Assembly: GCA_029717555.1 (NCBI GenBank)
Contig: JAMDHS010000028.1
Coordinates: 186,001-236,078, forward strand
From: Peribolospora baueri
Taxonomy: Eukaryota
Direction of reading: 5' to 3'
DNA: 50,078 nucleotides
The translations under genes and the position numbers were made by a program. How positions within the stretch are numbered: position 1 is the first letter of the stretch; each line of letters starts with the position of its first letter. The notes under the pieces were generated by a model that saw only the letters and a list, made by a program, of their open reading frames with translations, had not been told where the DNA came from and made no database searches. This document shows positions 37,106 through 50,028 of this stretch, one piece after another.

Positions 37106-39525
37106 TCAACGGTCCACAATTACATCCCCATCATACACCTCCGAGCCTCTTTTTGTACCGCACGCCGAGCAACGCGCAAAGTCGTCGTGGGAGACCATCG
37201 TGCAAACTGCGCAGGACCTATACGAAGGCGATGCAAAAAAGATGCCGGCGGATGAGCGACGGCAGAGCCAGCAGGGGCGGGATAGGGCAAAAGCACTAAC
37301 ATCAGAGCCCACACTCACCATTCGTTCGACTGGATTTGCAGTCCTGGCTCCATCACTGACGGCGGGACCAGGCGCTCCCCGCAACTTCTTCGCCTCTTCG
37401 CCTCTGACTTGCGCACAGCCGCCTGCTCCTCCTCTTCGTCCGTCTCGCTGTCGTCTCCTACCTCCCCTCCTGGCGTGCCCTGCCCGGCACCGCCTCCCCC
37501 GATCAATTCGGATGGCCGATTGGAGGTAGAGGAAGATGAATCGAGAGCTAGCCAATCTGCCCATGCCCGACCTAAATCCGTCCTTTCCTCGCGCTTCATG
37601 CCCTTCTCAAGCCTCGCTTGACGCTGCGCCGACGTCTCTCCGCTGGCTTTCGTGCTCAGGTCCTCTTCGCGCTCGTTGCCGTTTGACGGCCGGTGAGTGG
37701 AAGAGGAAGGTATATCTGAGGACTGCCCATGACCGCGAACGTCCGGCGGGATGGGCTGAAAGTCGTCTATGAGGAAGCCGCCGTCGTCGTCGTCGTCATC
37801 GTCGTCAGTGTTGCTCCCGCCATCGGATCCCTCTGCGCTCAGCGATCCGGCGTGCGCTTCCCCGAACAGGCCGGCTTTCGAATCTACGTCCCAGTCCCAC
37901 GCCTTTTTACCTTTCCCCTTCGGCTCCTCTTGGTGAGCTGAGTGGAAGAGATCGCCTGGCTTCTTTTCGTCATTCCTCTCCCGCTGAATTGCAGCCGCCA
38001 TGCGTGCGAGGGCTGCGTTGGCTCTAAGCTCTCGTGCCGTCGCGCTCTTGGCGCTCTTACGGAAGGTCGAATCGGGATCCTTGTTCATGACCGCCGCATT
38101 CTCCTTCGTCCTAATAGCCTTCCCATCGAGGCGGACGCCGCCTTCACCAAAGTCCTTCTTCACCCGTCTCCCCGGCTTGCGCGTCGAGACTTGGGCACCA
38201 GTGTGGAGCGACGGGCCTTGCGACACGCGGCGCTTCCGTTTCGAGCCTGCGTAGGGCGCACGGCGCCACCCTCCTCGGCGGTACGACTTGGGCCGGCGGA
38301 AGGCGCCTCCGCAGACGTAGCGAGGGAAGTCGCCCGTCCCACCAAGGCCCTCGCCGGCCACAGTGGCAGTGCCATCCACAGTCCGGCCAGCCGACCAAAA
38401 GCCTGTGTCGATGCCGTCGTCGAGGGGAATCCCAGTCAATATCGACTTTCAGGGGAAAAGCCATGTTCGGCTTGGCTCTGAAGACAACTCACCGTCGCCG
38501 AAATAGCCCTTTCTCTGCAGCGCTTTCACCTCTTCTCGGAGCTGGTCGTTGAAGCGATGAAACATCAGCGAATGGTTCATGTGGCGAATATGAGCCTGGA
38601 GATATCGCGGATGTTGGAGAACGATCAGAAAGCCAAAGCCAGGGCCAGACATCCTCATACGAGATTATTGTTAGGCAACAGAGAAAAGTCTCACCAACTC
38701 ATGTATCAGCACCATAAGAAGCATGTTAGTCGGCAAGAAGGCCCCGTCGGCACGACGAAGAACAAGTTCTGTGTCGTGAGCAAGGCGCGACAAAAGCGAC
38801 TCCACCGTCAGCAAAAAGAACCGGATAATGGACACCGGCGAATGCATGCGCCTGAAGAAGCGGGGGGACCTCACCGATGGTTTCACCCGCTTCCCAGTTC
38901 CTCCCAGCGAACTCGGGATTGACTTCGTACTTTAAAGAGCAGACGAATGCGTGTCAACACGGAATGTACGTTCATGTGCAAGTATTACGGGTTTTATGAA
39001 TGGCCCAACTCGCACCTCTTCAAAACTAGAGATATGGGAGCGCCGTACCAAGACAACAAGCGCCGGTCAGCAGCGAGAGCGCACGTAGAAAAAGGCGGAA
39101 ACATGTCTGCGCAGCGTCGTCGGCCGGCGCACCTATTTATCTCAAACGCGTGCTGCTTCATTATTGGCTTCACCTGTGCTGCCAGCATGGCCAGCAGCCT
39201 TCGAGCCTTGTTGGCATCGTCGCTGAACAAAGAAGAGGATAGCGGTTAGACGGAGAGGATACACACGTGCTCCAGACCACTTTTACGGAGAAACCAGCTC
39301 ACAAATGGGGCAGAGGGGTGATAAAGTTGATGAAAGGATTACGGCTCGTATCCGGATCGTTCAAGCGGAGGTGCTTCGAGTTGCGAGAGGGGCGACGAGA
39401 CGAGGGACCGGATGAGCTCAAACAAGGCCCCAGGCTCAATGATCGAGAGATCGATCAAACGTGCAGTGTGTTTTGGGGCGTTCTCCAAGAGCTGAAACGG
39501 TCATGCGACGGGTGCTCACCACCAT
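37106..39525 (-). CDS. WSS1: WLM-domain (Wss1-like) zinc metalloprotease with a C-terminal RanBP2/NZF-type zinc finger
   Basis: MV|HLRLND...AAQVKPIMKQH...N S|FEE|YEVNPEFAGRNW...I|ELVLR...HEL|AHIRHMNH (HEXXH)...GYFGD|GFWS...CGG. The last exon gives W|SCAVCT...RCSAC. Confidence 0.88.
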
Positions 39526-40129
39526 GGATCTTTGTAACCGTTTTGGCAGCGAGTCGACGTCGAGGAGCGTCGCCGGCTTAGACGGCGCGTTTCGAGGAGG
39601 CTTCCAAGGCCAGTTTCGATCGGAGCACGGACTCATCATCAGCTTGCGCACGTGGTTACGCTCCAGCTGCGATCGGGCATCCGCAGCACTTGTGTGCAAG
39701 TGCACGCCACGATCAAGTAAGTGCGCGGCTAATGGCTCTCCCGCGCCGTCTGCGTCGTCAGGCATCGAAAGCGAGACGACGGGGAGGTACGCAAGTGTCT
39801 CTCCGGGTCTGTCTGTGCTTTGGAAAGCGACCGAGGGATGGCGTCGGCGGACAAGGGCCGCGGGCGATGCGAATGTTTTTTCCCCGGCCTGCTCTGTCCG
39901 GGACGAATTAGAGACCGCGGGAGGAAAGCTTTGCTGCCGTGCCTGGCTGCGTCGAGCGGGAAAAGATCAAAGATCAAGGACGATTTTGTGCCTTAACGCG
40001 GCGCGAGCGCTCGCAAGCGACGCATAGAAGCCTGTCGTCGCTTCTTCCTTCCCCCTTCCTTTTTCCTCCCTCGCCACCCACACTCGCCTCCTCCTCTTCT
40101 CCTTCCCATCACCTCGCGCCCATACCAAC

Positions 40130-42429
40130 ATGGCGACTAATAGCCCCCCCGAGCCCGCGCGCGACGCTCCTGTCCTGCCCGTCTCCCCTTTCTCCTCCCA
40201 CCCAGTGTCTGGCGCAGCGGTGAGCGCCAGTCAGCACGCCGCCGCCGACGAGCACCGCGCCAGCGCCGGCGTCCTGCCCAACTTTGCCCCACCGCCTGTC
40301 AAGAAGCCCCCGCCGCCTCCAATTGTATGGAACCAGGGCATCCATGCGTGGGCGAGAAGCGTCAGGAGCAGGGCCGGCGCCGTTATGACCACCAGGTTCT
40401 TCCTCGCTCTGGTGGTAAGCTCTTTCTGCGTGACCGCTCTTCCATGGGGGCCGAGCGTAACTCGGAGGCCCGTCTTCGCTCTCGTCTTTCCGTCGGCAGG
40501 CTGGTCAGTTCCTTTCGGTTTGCATCACTGGCACCAACGTCTCCACGACCGAGCTCGGCCTCCGAGGCTTCGCCTTGCCCACCACCCAAACGTTCTTTCT
40601 AGTGAGTATGGATTGCTATGTGCACTCCCGCGTAGCTCGGATCCCTCGAGGACGCTACGAAACGCCACAATCGTGTGTCTTTTGCAGTACTTTACCCTCT
40701 TAGTGATCTACGTCCCCATCACCATCTACAAGTATGGCTTCCGCGCGTGGGGCAAGATGCTGCTCAAGGACGGATGGAAGTGTGCGTGTTTCCCGCCTTT
40801 GCCGTTTGCCTTTCTAGCCGCAGCCCTCTTCCTCACCATATTGTCCTCCCGTTTCCCCCTGTCCGCTTTCAGACTTCATCTTGTCTTGCTTTGACGTCGA
40901 AGGAAATTACACGGTTGTGCTTGCGTATCAGTATACAGACATCCTCAGCTGCATGCTTCTCGACGCGTGGGCCATTCCGGTCTGCATGGCGATCAGGTAA
41001 ACCTTCACACGCCATTCTGGTTGCCGTCACCTCTCCATTCGCTCAAGGCTCAAGGTGACGAGGTTTCTTTCCTCCACAGCTTCGTGCTCCTCCGAGCCCG
41101 ATACCACTGGACGCAGATCCTCGGCGTGCTCATTTGCGTAGCAGGATTGGGCATGTTGGTAGGCAGCGACCAGATTATCGGAAACAAGGATGCTCGTAAG
41201 TACCGGTGGGAGACTCGCAAGGGTCTCTCCTTGTACCGCCCGTCCGCGCTGCGGGGTGGGGTGGCACATGAGCCGCACGCGTCGCAGAGAGTTTGTTCAC
41301 TTTTCATGCTCGTCATTTTAGCCGTTGACCGCTTGAAGGGCGACCTCCTCATGCTCCTCGGTGCTACGCTGTACGGGTGCTCTAACGTGAGCTCACACTC
41401 TCCAGTGCGCCTTGACGTCGCTAACTTTTCCCGTCCCCCCACTGTCGTGTGCAGGCTCTCGAAGAGTACCTTGTTCGCTCGCGGCCTCTTTACGAAGTTG
41501 TGGGTTGCATGGGCCTCTTCGGCACGCTCATCAATGGCATTCAGATGGCTGGTCTGGAGCACAACGGGATCAGGAACACGCAATGGAACGGCCCCGTCAT
41601 CGGCATCTTGATGGGATACACCTTTGCTATGTTCTGTGAGTGAAATCTGCATATGTCCTGCTGCCGGGCTCTGATGGACGAGTGGTCCAACAGGCGCAAC
41701 AGGCGCAGACTGGACTCGACGCTCACATGCTCTGCTTATGCGCGCGTCGTCGAACAGGCCTATACACCATAGCCCCCGTCACGTACCGACTCGCATCGGC
41801 AGCGTTTTACAATCTGTCCCTCCTTACGTCGGACTTTGTGAGTCGAGAGAATGTCCTTCTTGGGATAGCTTGGTGACGTGCGACTACTCATGACCGTTCT
41901 TTGGACTTGCACAGTGGGGCCTCATCTTCGGCATCGGACTGTACCACCAGCCGGTCTACTGGCTGTACTTCGTCGTGAGTTCGAAATGCAACCTCGCCTT
42001 CATCCTTCGGTCTTCACCGACCCGACTGACGCGCACTTTATTGTTTCCCGCTCGCTATCAGGCATTCGCCTGCGTGCTCGTCGGACTCGTGATCTACTTT
42101 TCGTACGCCCGACCGGAGGAGCAAGGCTTCCTTGAAGTCGTCCCTCGTGGCAAAGCTCTGGAGAAGCAAGAGGCAAAGGTGAGGCTCCGTATTTCTTTCA
42201 AGTCTTCTTTTTTTTGTGCCCCTCTTCGTACGGGCCACAACTGCTCAACCCTCCACGCCGACCTTCTTCGCTATTTCCTGCCTTTGACGATCTGTAGAAA
42301 CGAGCGGACGTGGAAGCCGTCGGGGTCGCCGTGGCGGAGGTATTTCCCGCCTTTCCTGACGCCCACTCACCGACGAACGATGACGACAAGGATTACAAAT
42401 CCCGAGGCGAGGAGGACGAGGCCAAGTAG
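40130..42429 (+). CDS. SLC35F1/F2-family (DUF914) membrane transporter, multi-exon
   Basis: GQFLSVCITGT, PTTQTFF, DVEGNYTVVLAYQYT...LLDAWAIP, RARYHWTQILG, GDLLMLLGATLYG.SN|ALEE, SAAFYNLSLLTSDF|WG. Confidence 0.9.
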
Positions 42430-43948
42430 ACGTCAAACTCGGATTTTTCACTGACGTGTCCAGACAGTCGTCGTCATAGCTCCTTCGCGCGTCCCTCTCA
42501 TCGACTTACGACTACGATGGGGCTCCCTGCGCATCCTCTGTTTTCTTTTTTCGACTATGTTCTTCTGGCTGTTGTTCATGCTCCTTGCCGTTTTGGGTTG
42601 ACCGTGGGTTCCTGATACCCTCGTGCCTTTCAGCGCACTCTTGTAACCGTCTCCTTCTGGGCATGTCCTTGTCGTCGCGTGGCGACCCGCAGAGGGCCCT
42701 TTACCAAAGCTACGTTTATGCGTCCAAGTCGACCGTGCGGCCGTCGCGGAAAGAGGAAACGTCTGGGCGTGCCGCGCGAGTCTTCATCGCCCTCGAATAG
42801 CCCCCATCCGTCGTCCTCTCTTGCGCGCCTCGGTCTGACGCCTACGGAACCACCCGGCCGCTGCACGTGCGTCGGCGACGGGAGCAAATTCTTACCTACC
42901 GCAGCTTTCTTCCTCCTTCTCTCACATAAAAGCCGGCCCTCCCCATCCCTTCTCTCCTTCTCTCCAACCAAACGCATAACAAACACGACCCTACAAAAAG
43001 CACCTGGCAAAACGACGATGGACGAGGTTTCTCGGGAGGATTTTTCCTCTTCGTGAACGCCGCCGTCTATCGAGGACTGCTCAGGCCGTCAACGGGGTCG
43101 GAGAAGCGAATACCTCCCCTTCCTTCCTCTTGCTTTCCTCCTTTTATTCCCTTTCGCCCCCTCTCTTCCCCCTTTCTCGCCTCTTTTGGGGGTTTGACGG
43201 AGGGGGTCGAGGAGAGGAGTGGATGGGACGGGGGACGGGCGGAGGAAGGGGGAGAGGCGATGGGGCTGGGTGCGGCGCGGGGTGCATAGTCGCTCCTCGC
43301 AGGAGCCGGTAGGGCACCCGTTGTGGCTCCCGTAGGATCCGCGTCGCAAGGTCTCGTTGCACATTTCCTTTTTCTCCCATTCGCCTTCCTTCTCCACATC
43401 CATCCATCCCCCTTCGGGGGCTTGTACCGCTACTTTTAGTCGACGCGATACCGTTTTTATTGTATTCGCTCGCAGCTGACGGGCGATAGCGCTGCGCAAA
43501 ATCAAAAGGTTTCTTTTGCCATTCGGAGAACGCTTCGAGACACGAGATGATACAGGATATTCGAGACGACAGTGCCATATTGTGCCCGCAACTTCTTCCC
43601 ATACATGCCGCCCGACGGACGTCATTACCCGCGACGCCGTTAACCGCGAGCTCTTCCACCCTAGTTCACCTGAGAAGGGGAGAGGGGACGTGGGACAGGT
43701 GATAAGGATAGCGGGCGCTTCCTTCCAAGACCCCGTTTGAGCACCCAATGAACGACGAGGGGAAAGGGCAGAGTGGCTAACGAGGACAGGGAGACGAGCG
43801 GGGTCGAAGCGAGGTAGTTCAGAGTGTTGAGCCGGAGTCGAGTACAGAAACAAAGGCGACCAGCCTGAAAAAGGGGGGAAGGGGGAGGGAGGGGGGAACA
43901 GATTCGAAACAAGGAAGGAGAAGGCGAGAAAACTGAGAAGGCCAGCCG

Positions 43949-45561
43949 TCATGGGCCGCCGCCGGCACCCAAGCGCATCTTCTCCTGCTCGAGGCGTTGG
44001 TACTGTCCCACCCACGTTCAGAACAGAGCCTAGGTCAGCAGGGCCGCGCTGTCGGAGCTAAGCCGGTTCATCTGCCACGACTCACCAACAGGCCGACAGC
44101 CATTTGGATGTTAGCAGGCTGACCTGTGATCGTCACCAGTCGCTCTCCACCCGCGGCGCCAGCGGCAGCGCTGCCAGGGGTACCCGGCTCCATAATCTTG
44201 ATCTGACTCTGGCTCATCTGGCGGATCTCGTTGATCTTGCTGCCACCCTTGCCAATGATGCATCCCACCAAGTCGTTAGGAATGAAGATCTGCTGCGTCT
44301 GCGTGCCAGGCATCGCGTTCGGAGGAGGAATCGCGGCTCCCATGGGGGGCGAGGCGTAGTACGGGTCACCTCCGACCGGGCCTGGACCGGGGGCCGGTGC
44401 CATCTCGCCGTACGCACCGACGTAACCCGGCCTGGAAGAACGGGTGGACGCCGTGGGACGGTAGGTCTGCGTGCCAGCATTTCGCTCTTGGTGCTCTTGC
44501 AGGATGTTACCGACGTAGTATACCGCGATGTGAATCGCGTCGGCCACGCCAGAAACAGAGAGAACGCGCTATATATGATCGCACGAGACGAGGGACATGA
44601 ACATGCATGTGAGTATATGCACGTGAAACGACAGGTGCGCAACGAAAGTGATGAGAACGCACCTCGGTGCTTCCGGGCAGCATCGTCTCAGACGCGTTCA
44701 CTCTTGCCCCGCTGGCCTCTTGGATCTCCTTGATCTTCTGACCACCCTTGCCAATGACCGAGCCCATGCGGCTGTTCGGGATGATGAATCGGATGGTGAC
44801 GGCGCGAGAACCGGGCAGGGATGGCTGATCGAAGGGCTCATCGTTTATACGTCGAACGATCAATCCGAATGCCTGGGAGCAGAAGGAACGACATGAGTCC
44901 ATGTGGCCGCATGAAATGGGAGTCAAGAAAGGAGAACGTAGGTACTACTGACCTTGCTCACGGCGTCCAATGGTCCGGCGACGGTCATGATCCTCTCTGG
45001 GTTGCCCGGGATACTCTCGCTAATTGTGATCCGGGCGCCGCTCTTGTCCCTGATCTCGTTGACGTGCTTCCCGGCCTTTCCGATGATGATACTCGCATCC
45101 TGGGTGACGATCAACGCACGCATCTGGATCGTCGGCGTGGGACCTGGCGTCCCGCTGCCGGTGCCCTCTGTGCCAGCGGCGGCTTCAGCAGCCTCGGTGG
45201 GCCTGGGAGGAACGGAAGAGCCCTCCGCGGGAGCCTTGCTGCCGCTCTCCTGCTGAGCCGCCTCATCGCCACTCATCACAACGTCGATATCTGTGGCGGC
45301 AAGAGCAGTGGAAACGGACTCCTCCGCTGGGCTCATTGTCGTCGTCGTCGTCGTCGTCGTCGTCTTGTCTTTGCTTTCTCCCTTCGCGCCGTCAGCGGCG
45401 GATGCGTTCTCCTTCACGTCCCCGGCGCCGGGCGACCCGGCGATATTGGGGCGTTTGTTCGCAGAAGCTTCGAGCGAAGGGTCTTCGTCGGGACCTGCGG
45501 GCGACCGAGACCGCTTGTTATTGCCGCTGGTGGCGGACACGGGCGCGTCCGAGTCTGCCAT
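43949..45561 (-). CDS. Triple-KH poly(rC)-binding-type RNA-binding protein (Rnc1/Pbp2/hnRNP E-like), 4 exons
   Basis: Three GxxG loops: IIIGKAGKHV, SVIGKGGQKI and CIIGKGGSKI. The last exon is YQRLEQEKMRLGAGGGP*. Confidence 0.93.
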
Positions 45562-47540
45562 GATGGCGGGAAGAGAAATGCGTGGAAAGAAGAGGGCGCA
45601 ACGAGGGATGCGCAACAAGGTCGAAGAAACGGGGCAGACGAGGGCAAGAGTCGATTAGTTTGGGGTCCGGTCGCTCCGACCGATTGCTCCAACGCTCGCT
45701 CGCTCGGGTCAAGTCAGTCAGAAGCCGAGAAGGGGGGAGAATCGAGCGGGGAGGGCTGGTGCAGAAGAGAATGGGGGAGGAAGGGAAAGGGGAAGGGGTT
45801 CAGAGGGCGGGTGGAGGAGGATAGGAAGATGGGGCGGGCGGGCGCGCCGAGAGAGACGGAGAGCGCTCGGCGAGGACGATAGCGAAGACGAGGGTCGTCC
45901 GTCTGTCTGTCTGCCTCTCTCTCGCCTCGTTCGCCGCTTGACCTAGACCGCGGGCCTCCTCCCGGCGTCTAGTAGGAGACGTGGGAGAGGCACTCACCTG
46001 GACGTGCGCGTGGTTATGAGGAAGCTCGATGTGGGATGCAGAACGGAAGGAGGGGGGATGGTGGTGGATGGCGTCGTCTTCGACCGGCTCGCCGTCCGTC
46101 GTTCGTTGTCGTCAACGGCCCGTCCGTCGAGCGCGAAGGGCACTGAAAACGCCCGAAGTTAGGGTTACTGATCGCTCTATGTATGTTACACCCGCCACCC
46201 TTCATTCCGGACGGCCGCCGGACATGCACCCGCGAACGGCCACCGTCTCGTTGCCAGAGCAGGGTGAGTAACGTGCGCTGTCTGCTTGGCCGCCATCTTG
46301 CGCTCTGGCTCGACTCACATGCTTCCCTCTCGGCCTGCTTGCGCTTCTCCTCCTCCGTCCACCACCGCAAGACGGCCAGCCCATAGCCACGACTGCGGCA
46401 GCTCCAACGCTCGATTGGACCCGATCCGGGCCAGCCAAGGCTCGGCGGTCTCTTGCAAGACAGATCGAGTGACATGGCCCCCACAGTATACGAGGGCAGC
46501 CAGCCAGTCTACCTCCGTTCTCACTTGACCTGCGCCACGGACGCGAGGTTCGAAGCACAGGCCGAAGCGCTTCTGAGCAAACGAGACGGCGCACTGACGT
46601 AGGTGATCGAAGCTACGGAGCCGCCCGAACCAGCGAGTCCATCCGGCGTCGATGACTCTCAGAACGCCACTGGCGCTCACCATGTCGCCAAAGACGCTCT
46701 CCTGCTTGCTCTGCCAGGGTACGGCATTCATAGGGCACACACCCACGACCGAACTGAAAGCGAGACTTCGACAGTGACGCTGAATCAACTAAACCGACGG
46801 TCGAAAGGCCGTCTGTAGACATGCCACTGGCATGGTTAGGGTCTAGGAAGCGCTAGACGCTCTCCATCTTGAAGGGCTGGGGCAGTGAGCATCCTCCTGC
46901 TGCAAGGCCAAGGCGCGAAAGCCGAGGAGAGGCTTGTCTAAGCTGGCGAAAGAACGCGGGTGCAGCGTTCAGGTGGTGTATGATGCCCGCCTTAGTGGAC
47001 CATCTACTGCGGCAGACGAGGACCAAATGGAAGCGGAGGAAGACTTTGTGAGCCGGCGCAATGTTTTAATAGGCCCTGTACGCGTGTGCACGATGCCGGG
47101 GCCCGCCCAGAGTAGCTTGGAGCTGGAACGCTCGAGTGGTGCTCCTATCCTATCCTCGAGTGCTCCAACAGCTCATGAAGCCCATGTGTGCGCGTATGTA
47201 TGTGCGTATGTGGGTGGGCGGTGAAGGGTGTATCAGGCCGCGGAATAGAAAGCGTGCTGCCCTCGGGGATTACGACGTGGATTAATCGCGGGCAGTATGC
47301 ACTGTAAAGGCTCCACCGCGTTGTCAATCCCTTCTCGTCATGGCCACCACCATCTATCTGGCACCGGCATAGCCATCCCTCGGCCAGGTGCGCTCGCTTA
47401 GCCCCCCGCCTTTCGGCTGCCCAGCACCTCCACCAGGCCCTCTCTTCTCCCCGTCCATCTCCCCTTCGCCAGCGTGCAAGCTGCTTGCACAAACACTCAC
47501 CGGGCCCCGGACCGGCGCCTCATCCTCTCGCCAGCCAGCC

Positions 47541-48420
47541 ATGGGCAAGGACCCCGTGCTCAAGCCGTCGCGCACCAAGGCCACTCAGGTGTGCGAAGTC
47601 TGTAGGAAGAGAAAGCGAAAGGTGAGTGTATGTGTGTGTGAGAAAGTGTAGAGAGACCACAAACCGGACGCCGGTGGCCGCTTCCTGCTGCCGCTTTGGT
47701 CTGGCTCGCGTGAGCCAGGCGTTCGTTCGTGCGACCGGTTCTGCCCAATGTTCGCTTGGCGGATTTCGTCGGATCGTCGACGACTGACCGGGCGCGTTCC
47801 TCTTCGACCTCGATCGACGTCGGCGGCCCAGTGCGACGGCGTTCGCCCCGCTTGCGGCCTATGCCAGTCGCTCCGCCGGCCGTGCCAGTACGACCTTTTC
47901 TCCGACAAGCGCAAGTGCGTCGTCTCCTTCCGCCGCCATCCGTGCCGTACGATACGTGTTCCTCCTGTTCCACTGACCTCCTCGCTGACTCTTCCCAGCG
48001 CCCCCTCACTTCACGCCCCGCAGGCCGCCCACGTCTTCTTATATCGAAGCACTCAAGTCTCGTATATCCCTCCTCGAGGCCCAGTGCCGTGTCCAGGTCG
48101 CGCGTGAGCGCGACGACGGATACCGCCTCAGCAGGCGTGCTCATGTCGTCGGAACACGACCCCACCCACGACTCTTCCTCCCCTTCGCCTTCGACGTTCG
48201 CCAGCCACCTCTCCGGGGCCAGCGACTTCATAGCGTCGGACATGTGCGGTCTTTCGTTCGCTTTCCTGTCGATCACAATCGCCCGTGTATTCTGCCAACT
48301 GTAGTCAGGCGTCGCAATACTCATCACCTGGATGTTCACCAGCAATGTTCTTTTCCCGCCCTCGATGCTCCTCGCCCGGCGCCAGGGCAGCCACGTCCTG
48401 GAGGGCGCCAGCGCGAGCAA
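47541..48420 (+). pseudogene. Truncated/rearranged Zn(II)2Cys6 transcription factor: DNA-binding and dimerisation region fused to an inverted coding fragment
   Basis: MGKD...VCEVCRKRKRK|CDGVRPACGLCQSLRRPCQYD...DKRK|PPTSSYIEALKSRISLLEAQ. After ~48085 the coding bias switches to the minus strand. Confidence 0.65.
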
Positions 48421-48701
48421 GGCTCGATGATATTTTTACCCCTCGTCCGATGGCAACGACGGGGGATGGCCGACGTAGCCAGGTCGAAGCGAAGGGCACA
48501 TGGCCCTGATCGAGGCGGCCTCCAGCCCACGTGGTCCGGCACGACGCGACCGGCAAACCGCTCACCCCGGCCCGGAAGCAAGGCTACCCCGCAGGCCAGG
48601 GACGCGACGGCAGATGAATCCTGCTCAGCCCCGTCTTTCTCTTCTCCCCCTTCCCTCATCCTCCTGCCTCCCCCCTCCCGCCAAAACAGCCCAGACACAC
48701 C

Positions 48702-49975
48702 ATGAAGGCCTTTGTCATCGAGCGACATATCAAGCCTCACGAGCTCCCAGCCACCCTCCGCGATGACGTACCGCCCCCCAAGGTCGGCAAGGATCAGGTG
48801 CTCGTAGAGGTGTACTCTGCGGTGAGCTAACATGAAGCGAATGCGTGAACACGGAGACGCCGTCCGGGCTCAGACTCGTTTGAGAACTTGAGCTTGGAGA
48901 CCCCGGGCGATGTCGGTGGAAAGTGGCGCACTGCGTCGAGCGCCAGCTTCGCCCCAAGGCAGACCAGCTCCTATCTCACGTCACTCCGAGTGCTGACTGA
49001 GCTCGAGCCGCCTTTGCTCTCCTCTGCCCCACCGATCCCCGCTTCAGGCTCTTAACTTTTTTGACATTCTCCAAATCCAAGGTATGGCCGTTTCGTTCGG
49101 AAAACCCCCGTTCTCTTCGTTCGGAAAACCCCCGTTCTCGTCCTTTCTCACTTGCCGTCTTTTTCTGAACGCCCCGTCCCCGCTAGGCAAATACCAGAAC
49201 CAGCCCCCACACCCTTACGTCCCCGGCGCCGAGTTCGCCGGCGTCATTTCCTCCCGCTCTCCCATCCCCGAAGGGTGCCCCTACGCTCCGGGCACGCGCG
49301 TCTTTGGCGCCACTCAGGGCGCGTACGGAGAGCTGGCCGCTGCAGATTGGCAGAAGCTTGTGCCTGTCCCGGAGGGGATGAGCTTTGAAGAGGCCAGCGG
49401 ACTTTTCGTGACTTATCCTACCAGCTACGCCGCTCTCGTCATCAGGGCCAAGGTGCAGAAGGGTGAGTGTCAGGTCCTCGTTTCTTCCAGTGCCGTCCTC
49501 CGGCGATACGACCATCACTTCCACTCTCTTTCCCCTCTGTTCGCAGGTGAGACCGTTCTCGTCCACGCGGGCGCGGGCGGCGTAGGTCTGTGCGCCATCC
49601 AGATAGCGAAAGCGCTAGGAGCGACGGTGATAGCGACAGCGGGGTCGGAGGACAAACTGGAGGTGTGCAAGCGGTTCGGCGGAGCGGACTTTGTGATCAA
49701 TTACCGGGATACGAAGAAGTGGCAGGAGGAGGTCAAGAGGATCACCAAGGGCAAGGGTGCAGATGTGGTTTACGATCCTGTTGGCATGGTTCAGGTGTGT
49801 CTTCGGAGAAGGCCCGTAGGACGACTAGCGGCGGCTTGGCCAAGGTGGAGTCGCTCATGCTCACGCCCACCCGCGCCGGGTCCTCCAACCGTCCCTTGCT
49901 CAGTCCTCGCTGAAAATCATCGCCTGGAACGGTCGTATCCTCGTCGTCGGCTTTGCAGCCGGTTCGATTGAAAAA
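48702..49975 (+). CDS. Zeta-crystallin-like NADPH:quinone oxidoreductase (MDR family), 3' end off window
   Basis: MKAFVI...A|ALNFFDILQIQ|GKYQ.QPPHPYVPGAEFAG...VLVHAGAGGVG...TAGSEDKL...GKGADVVYDPVG...GRILVVGFAAG. No Zn-binding Cys motif is present. Confidence 0.92.
49092..49139. repeat. Perfect 24-bp tandem duplication inside an intron
   Basis: TTCGTTCGGAAAACCCCCGTTCTC at 49092-49115 and 49116-49139. Confidence 0.95.
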
Positions 49976-50027
49976 GTGAGCTCCTCTTTATTTTCCTTTC
50001 CTCGCGCTGCACTACTCCTGTAGCTCT

Positions 50028-50028
<1 letters not shown>

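Noticed and set aside
44821..45882. 353-aa + strand ORF
   Set aside because: Antisense shadow of the KH gene.
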